Positions 36,220 through 48,030 of a stretch of 64,000 bases of DNA are shown piece by piece; position 1 is the stretch's first letter, and every line of letters starts with the position of its first letter. Source of the stretch: Octopus vulgaris (Eukaryota); NCBI GenBank assembly GCA_951406725.2, contig OX597816.1:100750001-100814000 (forward strand). Reading direction: 5' to 3'. A program made the position numbers and the translations under genes. The notes under the pieces are model-generated. The model was not told where the DNA came from. It did no database searches and saw only the letters and a program-made list of their open reading frames with translations.

Positions 36220-37060
36220 GGTGATATCAAAAGGTTCCCAGACTAGTTACATTTAATAAAAATAACTTATTTACCTAAGTTTTAACATAATCTCCTTTAT
36301 AATAGTCACCTTGCACAGCAATACACCAGTCCCAGTGTTCCTGCTAGTTTTAGAATCTGGCCTGGAAGTCATTTTCCATCAGTGAGTCAAGGACATTCTG
36401 TGATTCATTCTGGATCTTGACAACATTGTTAAAACAGTGACCTCTCAGCTGCATTTTCTTCTTGGGAAGAGATGAAAGTCTGCAAGTGCTAAATCTGGCA
36501 AATAGGGCTGTTTGTGGTGACAAACTTACGAATGAGGAGAGCTCAGTGAAGAATCCAATTCTCTGTGCTCCACAGATCTATCCGGTTTTGCCAAATGTCC
36601 TCCTTCAAATGCTTCAAAATGTTGCAGTAGAACTCTCAATTGATGGTCTGGCCCTGAGGGATAAATTCTTGATGCACAATACCACATTTCCTGTGGTGAC
36701 GCTTGTGACAGGTTTCTCAGACGCTCATCATCTTCCTGGGACATTGTTCTGTTTTGGAAGTGTCCATGCCACTCAAAACATTCATATAACCCATTTTCTC
36801 ATTGCCATAAGCTTGCTGAAGCATGCTCAATGTTTCTGTAGCTGACTTTCCAAGTTTAATGCAAAATTTCACGTTGGCTCTTTGTTTTTGTCCATGACGA
36901 AATCAAAGACTACAGTATACACATGATCACTAAAACACAAATTTCACAACTTGCAAAGTAAATACGGCAATGTCACTTGGCACACTGCCTCATGAAGGTC
37001 ACTGCTAGCTCTCATTGTGCACACAACTGTGTTCTGTCATCTGATGGCATACTGCAGAAC
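36220..37060 (-). mobile_element. Decayed, internally deleted mariner
   Basis: Minus-strand fragments FIPQGQTIN*EFYCNILKHLKEDIW, KFCIKLGKSATETLSMLQQAYG and WDWCIAVQGDYYKGD. Confidence 0.82.
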
Positions 37061-37066
37061 TAAACT

Positions 37067-37265
37067 GTGCTCTGGCAACCAAAAGAAGGAAGAACCAAGA
37101 GAGGAAGGAGGAAGACGACCTATATGGACAACTTACTGGAAGATACTGGTATGGAAGGGATACAGGAGCTGAGGACCATAATGGAATATCAAGGAGAATG
37201 GGGAAAACATGTGGAAACAGTCTTGGGGCATCCTATGAGACGACCTAGATGAGATAGATGATAGA
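37067..37265 (+). mobile_element. RTE-type LINE C-terminal fragment (different family)
   Basis: LWQPKEGRTKRGRRKTTYMDNLLEDTG...ELRTIM followed by a gat-rich tail. Confidence 0.75.
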
Positions 37266-37299
37266 ATTCAATGGCCATGACTTTTCAGTACCTTGCTGG

Positions 37300-37552
37300 A
37301 AAATTTCAGAGATTTATGAAATGTAGATGTGGATGTCTTCAAAAGGCTGTAGATATCTTTTTATCTGAGAAATCAGATGAATCTATATCATAGCAAGAAA
37401 TGCAAATAAGGGTGGCAATGGCCAGCTTTCTTATTCGTCAGAATCAAACATGGAGTAGGGAGTCAGGAAGTGAAAGGAAATAAACTAACAATCATACCAA
37501 TGGTCATGCTCCAGCATGGCCACAGTCTCTGATTGAAACAAGTAAAAGTAAA
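37300..37552 (+). mobile_element. CR1-type LINE 3' end (likely partner of the CORE-type SINE)
   Basis: Decayed ORF end (gatgtggatgtcttcaaaagg...) and terminus gctccagcatggccacagtc...gaaacaagtaaaag, shared with the SINE tails. Confidence 0.6.
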
Positions 37553-39189
37553 TATGTGTGAGTGTATACATATATATATATATGTGTGTGTGTGTTTATA
37601 CACACACAAGTATTACATAGAAAGGGGTAAATAGATACTTATAGGAATGAGAAAATTTTAGATTATCTTTTGGAGTAAATATTACAAGTAAAATAAACAG
37701 AAATAAATTCTTCATTTCTTCTGTTGAACTGTATTGTGTTAAAATTCACTTTTAAGTTAAAGTATTTGACTAAGTTGACAACATTTATAATTTGATTCTA
37801 ACTCTAAAATGATATAATGTTTAATAAATTTGCTGTAAATATTAATAAACATAACTTTAACTGCATTATTCTACTTCTATGGTGATACTGGGAAGAACAT
37901 ATCAGCATTGATAAACAAGAAACATGTGATCTAAAGAATACATTTCTGGAGAAATAACACATTACCTGTAACTTTCAACAAATATGAGATAGAGACAAAA
38001 TTCTAAATTCTATCAGGATTCTACCATTCTATAAGAGAATATGTGGGTAATAAAACATTAATTTTCGAGTGCAGGAGTACACTTTCTTGATAGCTACCAA
38101 AATTCTTTTAATATTTTATGTTTAAAATATTGACAATTATAGAAAAGATTATTGGTTCCCATTAAAATGTCCTTTATTTGAAGTATTACATGTACTGTTT
38201 CAAGAAATTGAGTTTCACTGGCTTGACATTTTTCTTCAATTTCATTTCTTTGAATTAGTTTGAGTCTTCAAATCAACCAATGAAAACACTGTGTTCTGTA
38301 AAATAATTAACAGTATTTTATTGAAGAATGCATGAAGCTTGGCTAACTGCCAATGAAACATAGATGCTGTAGCATTAAGTATTTCTTAGCTTTTCAAAGT
38401 AAAGCCATCATTACTTTCCATTCTTTTTTGCTGCTTTCCTGTCAAATTGGCAAAGAAATAGTAAAATCATAAATTTTCCTTCAAACTACAGCAATAAAAA
38501 CAGTTTCAACCATTTAATGCAGGTGGTAAAGAACAAACTAACTAATTGCATTATATGAAGTTAGTTGACTTGTTTTAAGGCTATTGGCTTAAATACTTCA
38601 CAAGGAATAGGCTAATTCCTTTTTCTTGATTTTAAATTAAAATTATCAGAGAGATTTTAATATGTCTTGTTTGAGCTGATTTTATCATTGTTTTCTAGTT
38701 GCTTTGATATTTTCTTTCAATGGAAGAGAAATTCAATCATAAAATTTTATCTATACCGCACCCACTTTTTCCTTCTTTTGCTTTTTTTTTTCGGCCAGTT
38801 ATTCAGTTTTAGAATAATTTTCTCTAGTTTGAAATTATTGAAGTTCTAATAATATATCATTGAAAAAGACAAAATGTATTTCCTAGTAGTAACAAAAGTT
38901 ACATATAAACTGTAGTCCACCAGAAATTATTGCACTAGAGATTGTTCTATGTCAATATTTATAAACAGAAATGTTAACTGAAGAATAATACCTTTAATTA
39001 AGCTTAAATATCAAAATTCTTGGTACTAAGTACTTGACCTTTTCAATAGAACAAGAAGTATTCATGTTAAATTTTTTTCTGTTTGCAGCCATATTCTTAG
39101 AACTTCTTGTATGTCATACATTAACATAGATTAGTACCTTAATGTTTCAAAGAAACAGTAATTAATATAGCAAAAATGTATCTGTTCAC

Positions 39190-40150
39190 TTTAGCCCTCC
39201 ATTGCTATGGTGGCTTATTAAAACACTATTAGTACAGTAGAGTGTGATTTACCCCAGGTATTTTTTTTTTTTTTTACAATTAATTATGAAGATTTTCTGT
39301 ACACATTGTTTCTCAAAAGACATTTTAATCTTACAGAAAGAAAATCTCATGTATTGGACAATTGAAATAAAAAAGAGCAGACATTTATTTTAGTAAACCG
39401 TTTGGTGTTTACTATCTAGTCCTTGTCACTGCTTGCATTCTCATCCTCTTCATCATCCTCACCATAACAGTGAACACAAACCATGGAGGAATGATCCAAG
39501 CACATGGGTTTCAAACACTTTTTACAGCTATTCATTGTTTCTTGATCTGTTGATCTGGGGCACAATGTGCATCTTTGTTGAGAACTTTCATGACAGTGCT
39601 TTGAAAGTAATTCCTCCAAAGCCATCATAATTAGATATTATATAAACAAGAACACAAATACACATTATGTTGTATATGCCACAACTGAACCTTAGGACAC
39701 ATACATAAGATAATAAAGGAAATATACGCTTTAGTTAGAAAAATTACCTTTAAGAAAGGTGTGGAGAGGTTTGCTACACCCCAAGATGCAATTACTGTAT
39801 GTATACTCCCTCTCTTTGCCAACAGCAGATTAAGCAACCTGGTGTATCAACTCAGTGGGCATTGGCAGGAAATTACATGGGAGGATACTTGTTTCATTGT
39901 AAGATATTTGTAAAGAAACATCACTTGGGGTAAGCTACATCCCACTGCACTAACAGAAAGTTAAATTTGTTCTGACAGATTTGAACTTGAATACCAAATC
40001 TTTATTGTTTTTATCAGAGAACATCTCCCATTAGACAATGTATGTTCATAGAAGTGTACTTCATAGATGCCAAGAGACCCTGAGACACCATGGTGTTTCA
40101 TCCTTATTGTGTGTCCCTTAGTCAAAGCTACCCTTTACTGATAACAGATG
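39190..40150 (-). mobile_element. piggyBac-like transposase remnant (C-terminal cysteine-rich domain)
   Basis: ORF 39416-39628 contains RCTLCPRSTDQETMNSCKKCLKPMCLDHSSMVCVHC, the piggyBac CRD spacing; a weak RCS...IKIW fragment near 39990-40028. Boundaries approximate. Confidence 0.6.
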
Positions 40151-40464
40151 TACAGGCTCTTGTCTATAAAAATTAACTGAAGCTGTATGTATGTTGGTAT
40201 ACATACTAACAAGCACATTTTTCTGAATATAAATTCAAACAGAATTGAAATCCATTTTGTATGTGTGTAAATTTATGTCAAGTCAAAAGGAAAATGCTTA
40301 ATATTTCTTATTGTAACATTTCTGTATATGTTTATGAAACTAGACTAGACCAGTATGGTTTGTAGCCTCCTATTTTGAGTTTCAATCCAAACAAAGTCAA
40401 CATTATTTCCTATCCTCCAATAAGTTACTGAATTCAACAAAATCAACTGAGTCAAATAAAAATC

Positions 40465-40497
<33 letters not shown>

Positions 40498-40499
<2 letters not shown>

Positions 40500-40790
40500 G
40501 TGCATGCTTAGTGGTTAATGTGTTGCACTTAAGATTGCGAGATCATGGTTTTGATTCCCAGACCGGGTATTGCATTGTCTTCTTGAGCAAAACACTTCAT
40601 TTCACATTGCTCTGCTATCATTTTATCATGTGACATGTCATGCACCTGGACAAGGAATGTCAATTTGATGGAGAGAGTGAGCTTATATGAACACAAACAT
40701 TTGATCCCTATAAACAAATCAACTTTGTGGTTGTTCAGCAAGAAATTGCAGAACCCTCAGATATCATCTAACAATAGAAGAGTTCATGAT
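40498..40790 (+). mobile_element. tRNA-derived SINE (third family)
   Basis: gcttagtggtta A box, ggttttgattcc B box, cttgagcaaaacactt core-like segment, directly after (TA)n. Confidence 0.7.
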
Positions 40791-41435
40791 AAATGTATGT
40801 ATATTTGTATGTATGTGTATAGTTGCCTGCCTTAGCACTGACTCTGTCTCTCTCTCTCTCTCTCTCTCCTTGTTCTGTATTTTATATTTGTACAAGAGAA
40901 GGAGCTGGAGCTGGCAGCTACATAAGTATATTGATAACTCATAAAAAATCGATAACTTTCCTAATATTTATTGATAATTGAATTTATTTCCTTATTATAT
41001 GTCTGCAAAACAACATTTAAGCTTAATCACTACTTACTGCATGTGATCAACTTCCACAAACAAACTTCAAGTCAAAACTTACAGTGTGTCTAGATTTCAT
41101 GATTACACAATGATAACATTGATTTCCCTAGAAAATTGATAATGCTAATTTTCATTTTTTTTTACCCTTCCACAGCTATGCTATTAACAGTTAAGGTTCT
41201 TCCACAGCTCTTTGTTAATGATGTTTGGAAAATATATTGTTCAATGAAACATTCTTTTAAGGTGCTTTATATAAGGAATGAAATCATCATGTTTATTGGC
41301 GAAAAACAATACTATTAAATCTGTACAATACTTTACATAAGTATCTGACTAGATATATTACAATCTACCCTCAAATATGTACTTGGATACTTGCATAAAT
41401 TATTGTAAGGATTTAATAATATTGCTACCTACACT

Positions 41436-41666
<231 letters not shown>

Positions 41667-41887
41667 AAGATTGTTTACTAATATTTTTGCATGTAAAATA
41701 ATAAGTATACACACTGTGTGCATTTGCACTTATATATCCAACCCATGCCAGCATGAAAACTAAAAAAGTGAACATTATGTATATATATATATATGTATGT
41801 GTGTATATATATATATCTTAGCTTGTACTTATCCTATGGACAGTGAAAATGAAATGCTAACTGAAATTATGATTTCATACTTTAAAT

Positions 41888-42121
41888 CAGTGGTTCTCAA
41901 CCAAGGTCCATATAACCCTTGGGGCTCCATATAAGGTTTTGTTGCTAAAATCTATGTGCAGTTAATTGATTATACTTCTAGAATACACAAAATATGTTAG
42001 CAATTTTTTAATGCAATTCAGAATAATATTTAATTATAAAAATGTAATGGCTATAAGGGTCCACCTGAGTAAAATGGGAGTCAAAGGAGACCCATAGGTG
42101 AAAATGGGTTGAGAACCACTG
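41888..42121. mobile_element. hAT (Charlie-like) MITE, 234 bp
   Basis: TIRs CAGTGGTTCTCAACC and GGTTGAGAACCACTG, with a perfect 8-bp target duplication CTTTAAAT at 41880-41887 and 42122-42129. Confidence 0.95.
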
Positions 42122-43256
42122 CTTTAAATGAATATTCAAATGATTATGCCACATTAACTAAATCCCATTAATTTTGGTTTTATATTTGTACAAACAATAC
42201 CATGTGTGTATAAGTACATACATATGTGTATCTTTGCATATCAGCATGAACATATATATGTGTGTGTGTGTATACCTGAATTTCCCTTATGTATATGTAT
42301 GAATGTGTACTTATATATACATATTCAGAAATGTAAGATAAACTTACTAATGTTTTAGTTTTCCTCTACTATGGTCCCTTTCTCACTTATTTTTCACCTT
42401 CTAACTTTTCTCCCTCAGAAATGTAATGCACACATTCTTGCTTATTGTAAAACTTTAGAAAATGACAACTGTCTACAGAAAAAAAATTCTTTACTATCAT
42501 CTATATCTATTCATGAAATAAAATTTTGGGTGATTAATCTAGAGATGTATATAGAAAAGATGTTCCACTTCAACCATAGGTGTAAATATGAAATATACAT
42601 ATATATTTTTCTATATAGCGTTTATTCAATATACTTCTCCACAACCTATAGATGATACTGTGTGTTTTGAAAGGAGTTTGAGGAAAACATAATGCATGAA
42701 CAAATATAAAGAAAACAAAAATAGGCTCTGTAGAATAAAATAATACTGATTTTTTTCAAGTTAATCAAAACAGAATATTTGTTCCAAAGTGTAGCTACAA
42801 TCTGCACCACCTGCAAAAAGCAAAGCTAAAAAAATCCAGTTATTAAGGCAAACTGTGATGTAAAAACTATTTATTTTCTATCAGTTGGTAAGCTAAAATA
42901 TTCACAAAATTTTGCTATCCCTTATCAAATTTTCTCCTTCAAAAATGTAATGTACAAACTTTATCTTGCTTATTATGTTTACATTAGTAAAATGATAACT
43001 GTTTAGTAAATTTCAATCTGTATTTTGCCTGCTATAGCATACATGCATACATACAAACTTGTATGTATATATACACTTGTATATACACATGTGTATATAA
43101 ATATATGTATATATGAGTATAAATATTAGTAAGTGAATATATATGTGTGTGTGCATGTATGTGTGTGAGTATATGTGTATGTGTGTATACATATACATAC
43201 CTTCATATATATGTATATATATAGGTGTGTGTGTATATATGTATATGTTTGTGTAA

Positions 43257-43311
<55 letters not shown>

Positions 43312-43313
<2 letters not shown>

Positions 43314-43686
43314 TCTTGTTTCAGTCATCTGACTGCAGCCATGCTGGAGCACCACCTATGGTCGAGCAAATCAACCCTAGGACTTATTCTTTGTAAGCCT
43401 AGTACTTATTATATCAGTCTCTTTTACTGAACTGCTAAGTTACGGGGACGTAAACACACCAGTATCGGTTGGCAAGTGATGTTGGGGAGACAAACAGACA
43501 AATAAGCATATACACACACATACACACGACGGGCTTCTTTCAGTTTCCGTTTACCAAATCCACTCACAAGGCTTTGGTTGGCCCGAGGCTATAGAAGACA
43601 CTTGCCCAAGGTTCCACGCAGTTAGACTGAACCTGACACCATGTTGTTGGTAAGCAAGCTACTTACCACACAGCCACTCTTGCACC
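43312..43686 (-). mobile_element. CORE-type SINE, full length, minus strand
   Basis: Reverse complement of the 34792 copy; flanked by (TA)n. Confidence 0.92.
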
Positions 43687-44744
43687 TATAATATATATAT
43701 ATCCCATGATGGTGCCCCAACATGATTGCAGCTTTCGAGCTGAAACTAGTCAAAGAGTTAGTGTTATACATATATATGTGTGTATATATAGGTGTGTGTG
43801 TATGTATACACACACACATGAATGTATATCATTAATCAGTGTTTACTGAGAGCTGCCATTAGTTTTAAATTAAGTTTGCCTACTTTGTTCAAAGATTTTA
43901 TTTTGGGTGGAGAGATAAATTCTAAAATATAATGAAAATTAATTTTTGCAAAATAGAATGATGCATTATAAATTATATAATAACATAATGGTTTCTGGGT
44001 ACTATTGACATTTCATACTCCTATTTTTTTACCATTATTGGAAATATTGATGATGATTTTAATGACAGTTTTGCTTCATTATTTTAATTACATTTTTACC
44101 TTCTTTATTTACAAAATTGTTGCTGAATTTAATGATTCACATGCAAAACTTTATATCATTATGTGACTTTTTGATGTTAAATGTAATTTATTAAATAGGA
44201 ATCCTACAGCCCAAAGTGTCTCCATCAAATTACATGATTGAACAATATTTTCCAAGAAATATAAATTGTTAAAAATGTCAGTTTTTTTTTTTTTGTTTCC
44301 ATACAATTTTGATAAACATATGGAACAACTTTGGAACTTTACTCTTGTCACCATCGGTAATACCAGGAAATATGGCATACATACAATGATTATAATTTAG
44401 ATTTTATATTTCTTAGAGCTTATTCAAAATGATAAAATAAATATTAATTTTTAAAAGAAAAATATTTATTACCTTAAAATAAAGAAAATATTCAAAAAGT
44501 TTTAAAAGATTGGTTACAAAATTACTTTCCCTGTCGGTTTTATGCTATGACAATTTATACATACATGCGCACACAAATGCTTTTTACTCTCTCTTACATA
44601 TATGTGTGGTACAGTGGATTCTCCTGTCAATTTTGATGTATGACAGTCCAACAGCCAGTTCATAGACTACCCACACAAATGACTTGTCTTTGGTGGTGAA
44701 GTCTTTTGTAGGACCACCCACACATTTCAGAAATATTCTGAAAT

Positions 44745-44915
44745 TTTTGGGGAGGAGGGTGCAGTCAATTAGATCAACCCCAATACGCAACTGGTACTTA
44801 ATTTATCAATCCCAAAAGAACGAAAGGCAAAGTTGACCTTGGCAGAATTTGAACTCAAAACATAAAGACAGACTAAATACCGCTAAACATTTCACCCGGC
44901 GTGCTAACATTTCTA
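44745..44915 (-). mobile_element. tRNA-derived SINE (family of 25741)
   Basis: ctggtacttaatttatcaatcccaaaagaacgaaaggcaaagttgaccttggcagaatttgaactc is the reverse complement of the family core. Confidence 0.85.
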
Positions 44916-45894
44916 ACATAAATGCTGGTGCAAATGTTTGCCAGAAATTCAATGAACAACATAGCTCAGACTTTTCTTTTAGAGTTCTCCATCTCCTAAC
45001 TTAATTTCCTTCACCATGGCTTAGAGTCCAACCCACCTTTGCGGGGTAAATATTCACCTGAGCACCAAACCAGAAATTTCTTAGTTCTCACATATTAGAA
45101 AAACTCAACAGGCATCTCATGTCATTTATTCCCTATGCCATTGTGGTGATTTGCATCTTCAGTAATTGGTGTCCATAGGGCATTTCGATGTAAATCTACA
45201 AGGGTTCTTCTGAGGAACACTTAATGGCATTATGTTAACACTGAACAAATGGAAAACAATATACTATGATGAAAGAGAGGGTGAAAGGGAAAAAGAGGTA
45301 AATGGAGATAGAGGAAGAAGGGGAATAGAAGAAGTCAGAGGGAAAAGAAAGATAATACAAAGAAGGTATGTTCAGGATAATAAGAGTATCAACTTTGGGT
45401 AGATTTTAAGGTAAAAATCCTGTAAGTGCCTTAGAATTTAAATTTCAGCTTTGTTTGTGTACAAAATGTTCTCACATTCCAAAAAACTATTATTTAGCAT
45501 TGTAAAAAGACAGTATTTGTTATAAGGGGTCTCTTAGCTTAATGGTACTGAGTGCTGAGCTGGAATTTGTAAGGTACAGGTTTGATGCTCTGTAGAGAAT
45601 TACTGACCACTTTTTTTCCGTCTTATTATTGTATTTATCTGATTTTCAAAGCTGTCTTCATAGCCACCCTGCATTCAATAATTCATATATTTTCTGTTGA
45701 ACACAGACTCACGTAGCTCTTCTAAGTTTGTTTACATGATATTTGCAATATATCAATTTGTACAGTAGTCATACCTTGTAACTAGTATAGCAGTATTGTC
45801 ATGAATTGTTACAAAGGTATACACACACACACAATGTGGTTGGTGGAAATCAGTAGAGTCATTTAATATATATTAATATATTTTATATGGGTAT

Positions 45895-48030
45895 ACAGGC
45901 TGTACATGAGAGATCATACCCAATAACTGGTATAGCAGCATCATAGTCAACTACTATAAAGGTGATACCTTAGACAGATGTATCAAATTGTTAGATCAGG
46001 TGATGAAAGTTACAGAGAGAGCCATAGCCCAACTAATTAGGACAAGAATTAGCCTAGATGAGATGCAGTTTGGTTTTGTGCCAGGGAGAAGCACCACTGA
46101 TGCTATATTTCTAGTAAGGCAGCTGCAGAAGTACCTAGCCAAAGATAAGCCTTTGTACTTGGCTCTTGTTGACATGGAGAATGCCTTTGACAGAGTCCCT
46201 TATCTGGTGGTCAATGTGGAAACTAAGGATAGACAAGTGGTTAGTGAGAGCTGTACAAGTCATGTACAGAGATGCCATTAGTAAGTTGAGGATTGGCAAC
46301 AAGTATAGCAATGAATTCAGGGTACAAGTTGGGGTTCACCAAGGATCAGTCCTGAGCCCCTCCTGTTTATCATAGTCCTCCAGGCAATAACAAAGGAATT
46401 TAAGATGGGCTGCCCATGATATCTCCTCTATGCTGATGACCTTTTTCTCATAACCAAATCACTTCCAAAACTAGAGAAGAAATTTCAGGTGTGGAAGCAA
46501 GGTCTAGAATCAGCAGGCTTTAGAGTAAATCTAACAAAAACCTAAGTCTTAGTAAGTAGGAAAGTGGACAAATCACAAATCCCCTCTTGTTAGACAGCTT
46601 TGCTCAATCTGTAGAAAAGGCCTAGGCAGAAACTCTATAAGATGTACCCAGTGTAAGCTTTGGACACATAAGAGGTAGAGCAATATCAGAGGAAGGTTTT
46701 CTGGGAAAATAGTTTTTATGTGTGGAAGGTGCACAGGTACAATAAACACTACAAATGTACAGAAAATAGACTCCATCAAATGCTAGTGGGAAAAGCTAGA
46801 GGTAGTTAATGGCTTCCATTATCTAAGTGACCAAGTCAGTAATGGAGGTGGATGCTCTGAGTGTGTAGCTATAAGAATAGGCTGGGCAAAGTTCAGAGAG
46901 CTTCTACTTCTGTTGGTTACAAAGGATGTTTTCCTCAGAATGAAAGGCAGACTGTATGATGCCTGTGTGCAAACAGCTTTGCTACACAGCAGTGAAACAC
47001 GGGCTGTGACCGCTGAGGAAACGTGTAAGCTTGTAAGAAATGAAGCTAGCATGCTTCACTGGATGTACAATGACAGTGTGCATGTACAACAGAATGTAAG
47101 CATCTTAAGAGAAAAGTTGGGCATAAGAGGTATCAGATGTGGTGTGCAAGAGAGACAACTGCGTTGGTATGGTCATGTGATGTGTATGGATGAAGACATT
47201 TGTGTAAAGAAGTGCTGATCTCTGTGAAGGGAACCTGTGGAAGAGGTAGACCCAGGAAGACATGGGATGAGTTGATGAAGCATGCTCTTCAAACATTGGG
47301 CCTTATGAAGGTGATGACAAGTGACCAAGACCTTTGGCAATATGATGTGTGTGAGAATACTCATCAGGCCAAGAGAAATCATAGTTGTGACCATGCCAAT
47401 ATCATGTGAATGGCATCTGTGCATCATAGTCATGGTCGCTGCCGGTGCCATGTAAATGACACTCATGCATCATAATCATGGTCATTGATGGTACCATGCA
47501 AATGGCACCTGTGAATCATCTATGCAAATGGCATCCATACTCTGTAGTTGTGGTTATTGATGGTGTCATGTAAATGGCACCTAGGAATCATGGTTGCTAG
47601 CAGTGCCATGTAAATGGCACCCATGAGTCATGGTCATTGCCAGTGCCATGTAAATACTACCCATGAATCGGAGTCATAGTCATTACCAGTGCCATGTACA
47701 TGACACCTGTGAATCATTGTTGTGGTCACTGCCGGTGCCATTTAAACAGCACCTGTGCATCATAATAGTGGTCATTGCTGGTGCCATGCACACAGCATCC
47801 ATGAATCATAGTGGTAGTTGCTGCTAGTGTCATGTAAATGGTACCCATGCCAGTGGCACATAAAAGTACCCATTACACTCCTGGAGTGGTTAGCATTAGG
47901 AAGGGTATCAAGCTGTAGAAACCATGCCAAATCAGAGTGGAACCTTGTGCAGCACTCTGGCTCATCAGCTCCAGTCAAACCATCTAACCCATGCCAGTAT
48001 AGAGAGTAGAAATTAAATGATGGTGATGGT
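45895..48030 (+). mobile_element. RTE-clade LINE, 5'-truncated, frameshifted RT through 3' tail
   Basis: Motifs QFGFVPGRSTTDAIF, VDMENAFDRVP, VGVHQGSVLSP, LLYADDL, a Cys-rich insert, QERQLRWYGHV and GRGRPRKTWDE; decayed (gat)n tail at ~48018-48030. Confidence 0.95.
47400..47872 (+). repeat. Minisatellite array (~11-12 units of ~35-50 bp) in the RTE 3' UTR
   Basis: Recurrent (G)GTGCCATGTAAATGGCACC followed by related gaatcat..ggtcattgc linkers. Confidence 0.88.

Noticed and set aside
39416-39628. Independent small zinc-finger gene
   Set aside because: The spacing fits a piggyBac transposase C-terminal domain within decayed sequence.
47400-47872. CRISPR-like repeat/spacer appearance
   Set aside because: The linkers are related to each other, the units are degenerate, the array lies in a eukaryotic LINE 3' UTR, and there are no cas genes; it is a minisatellite.
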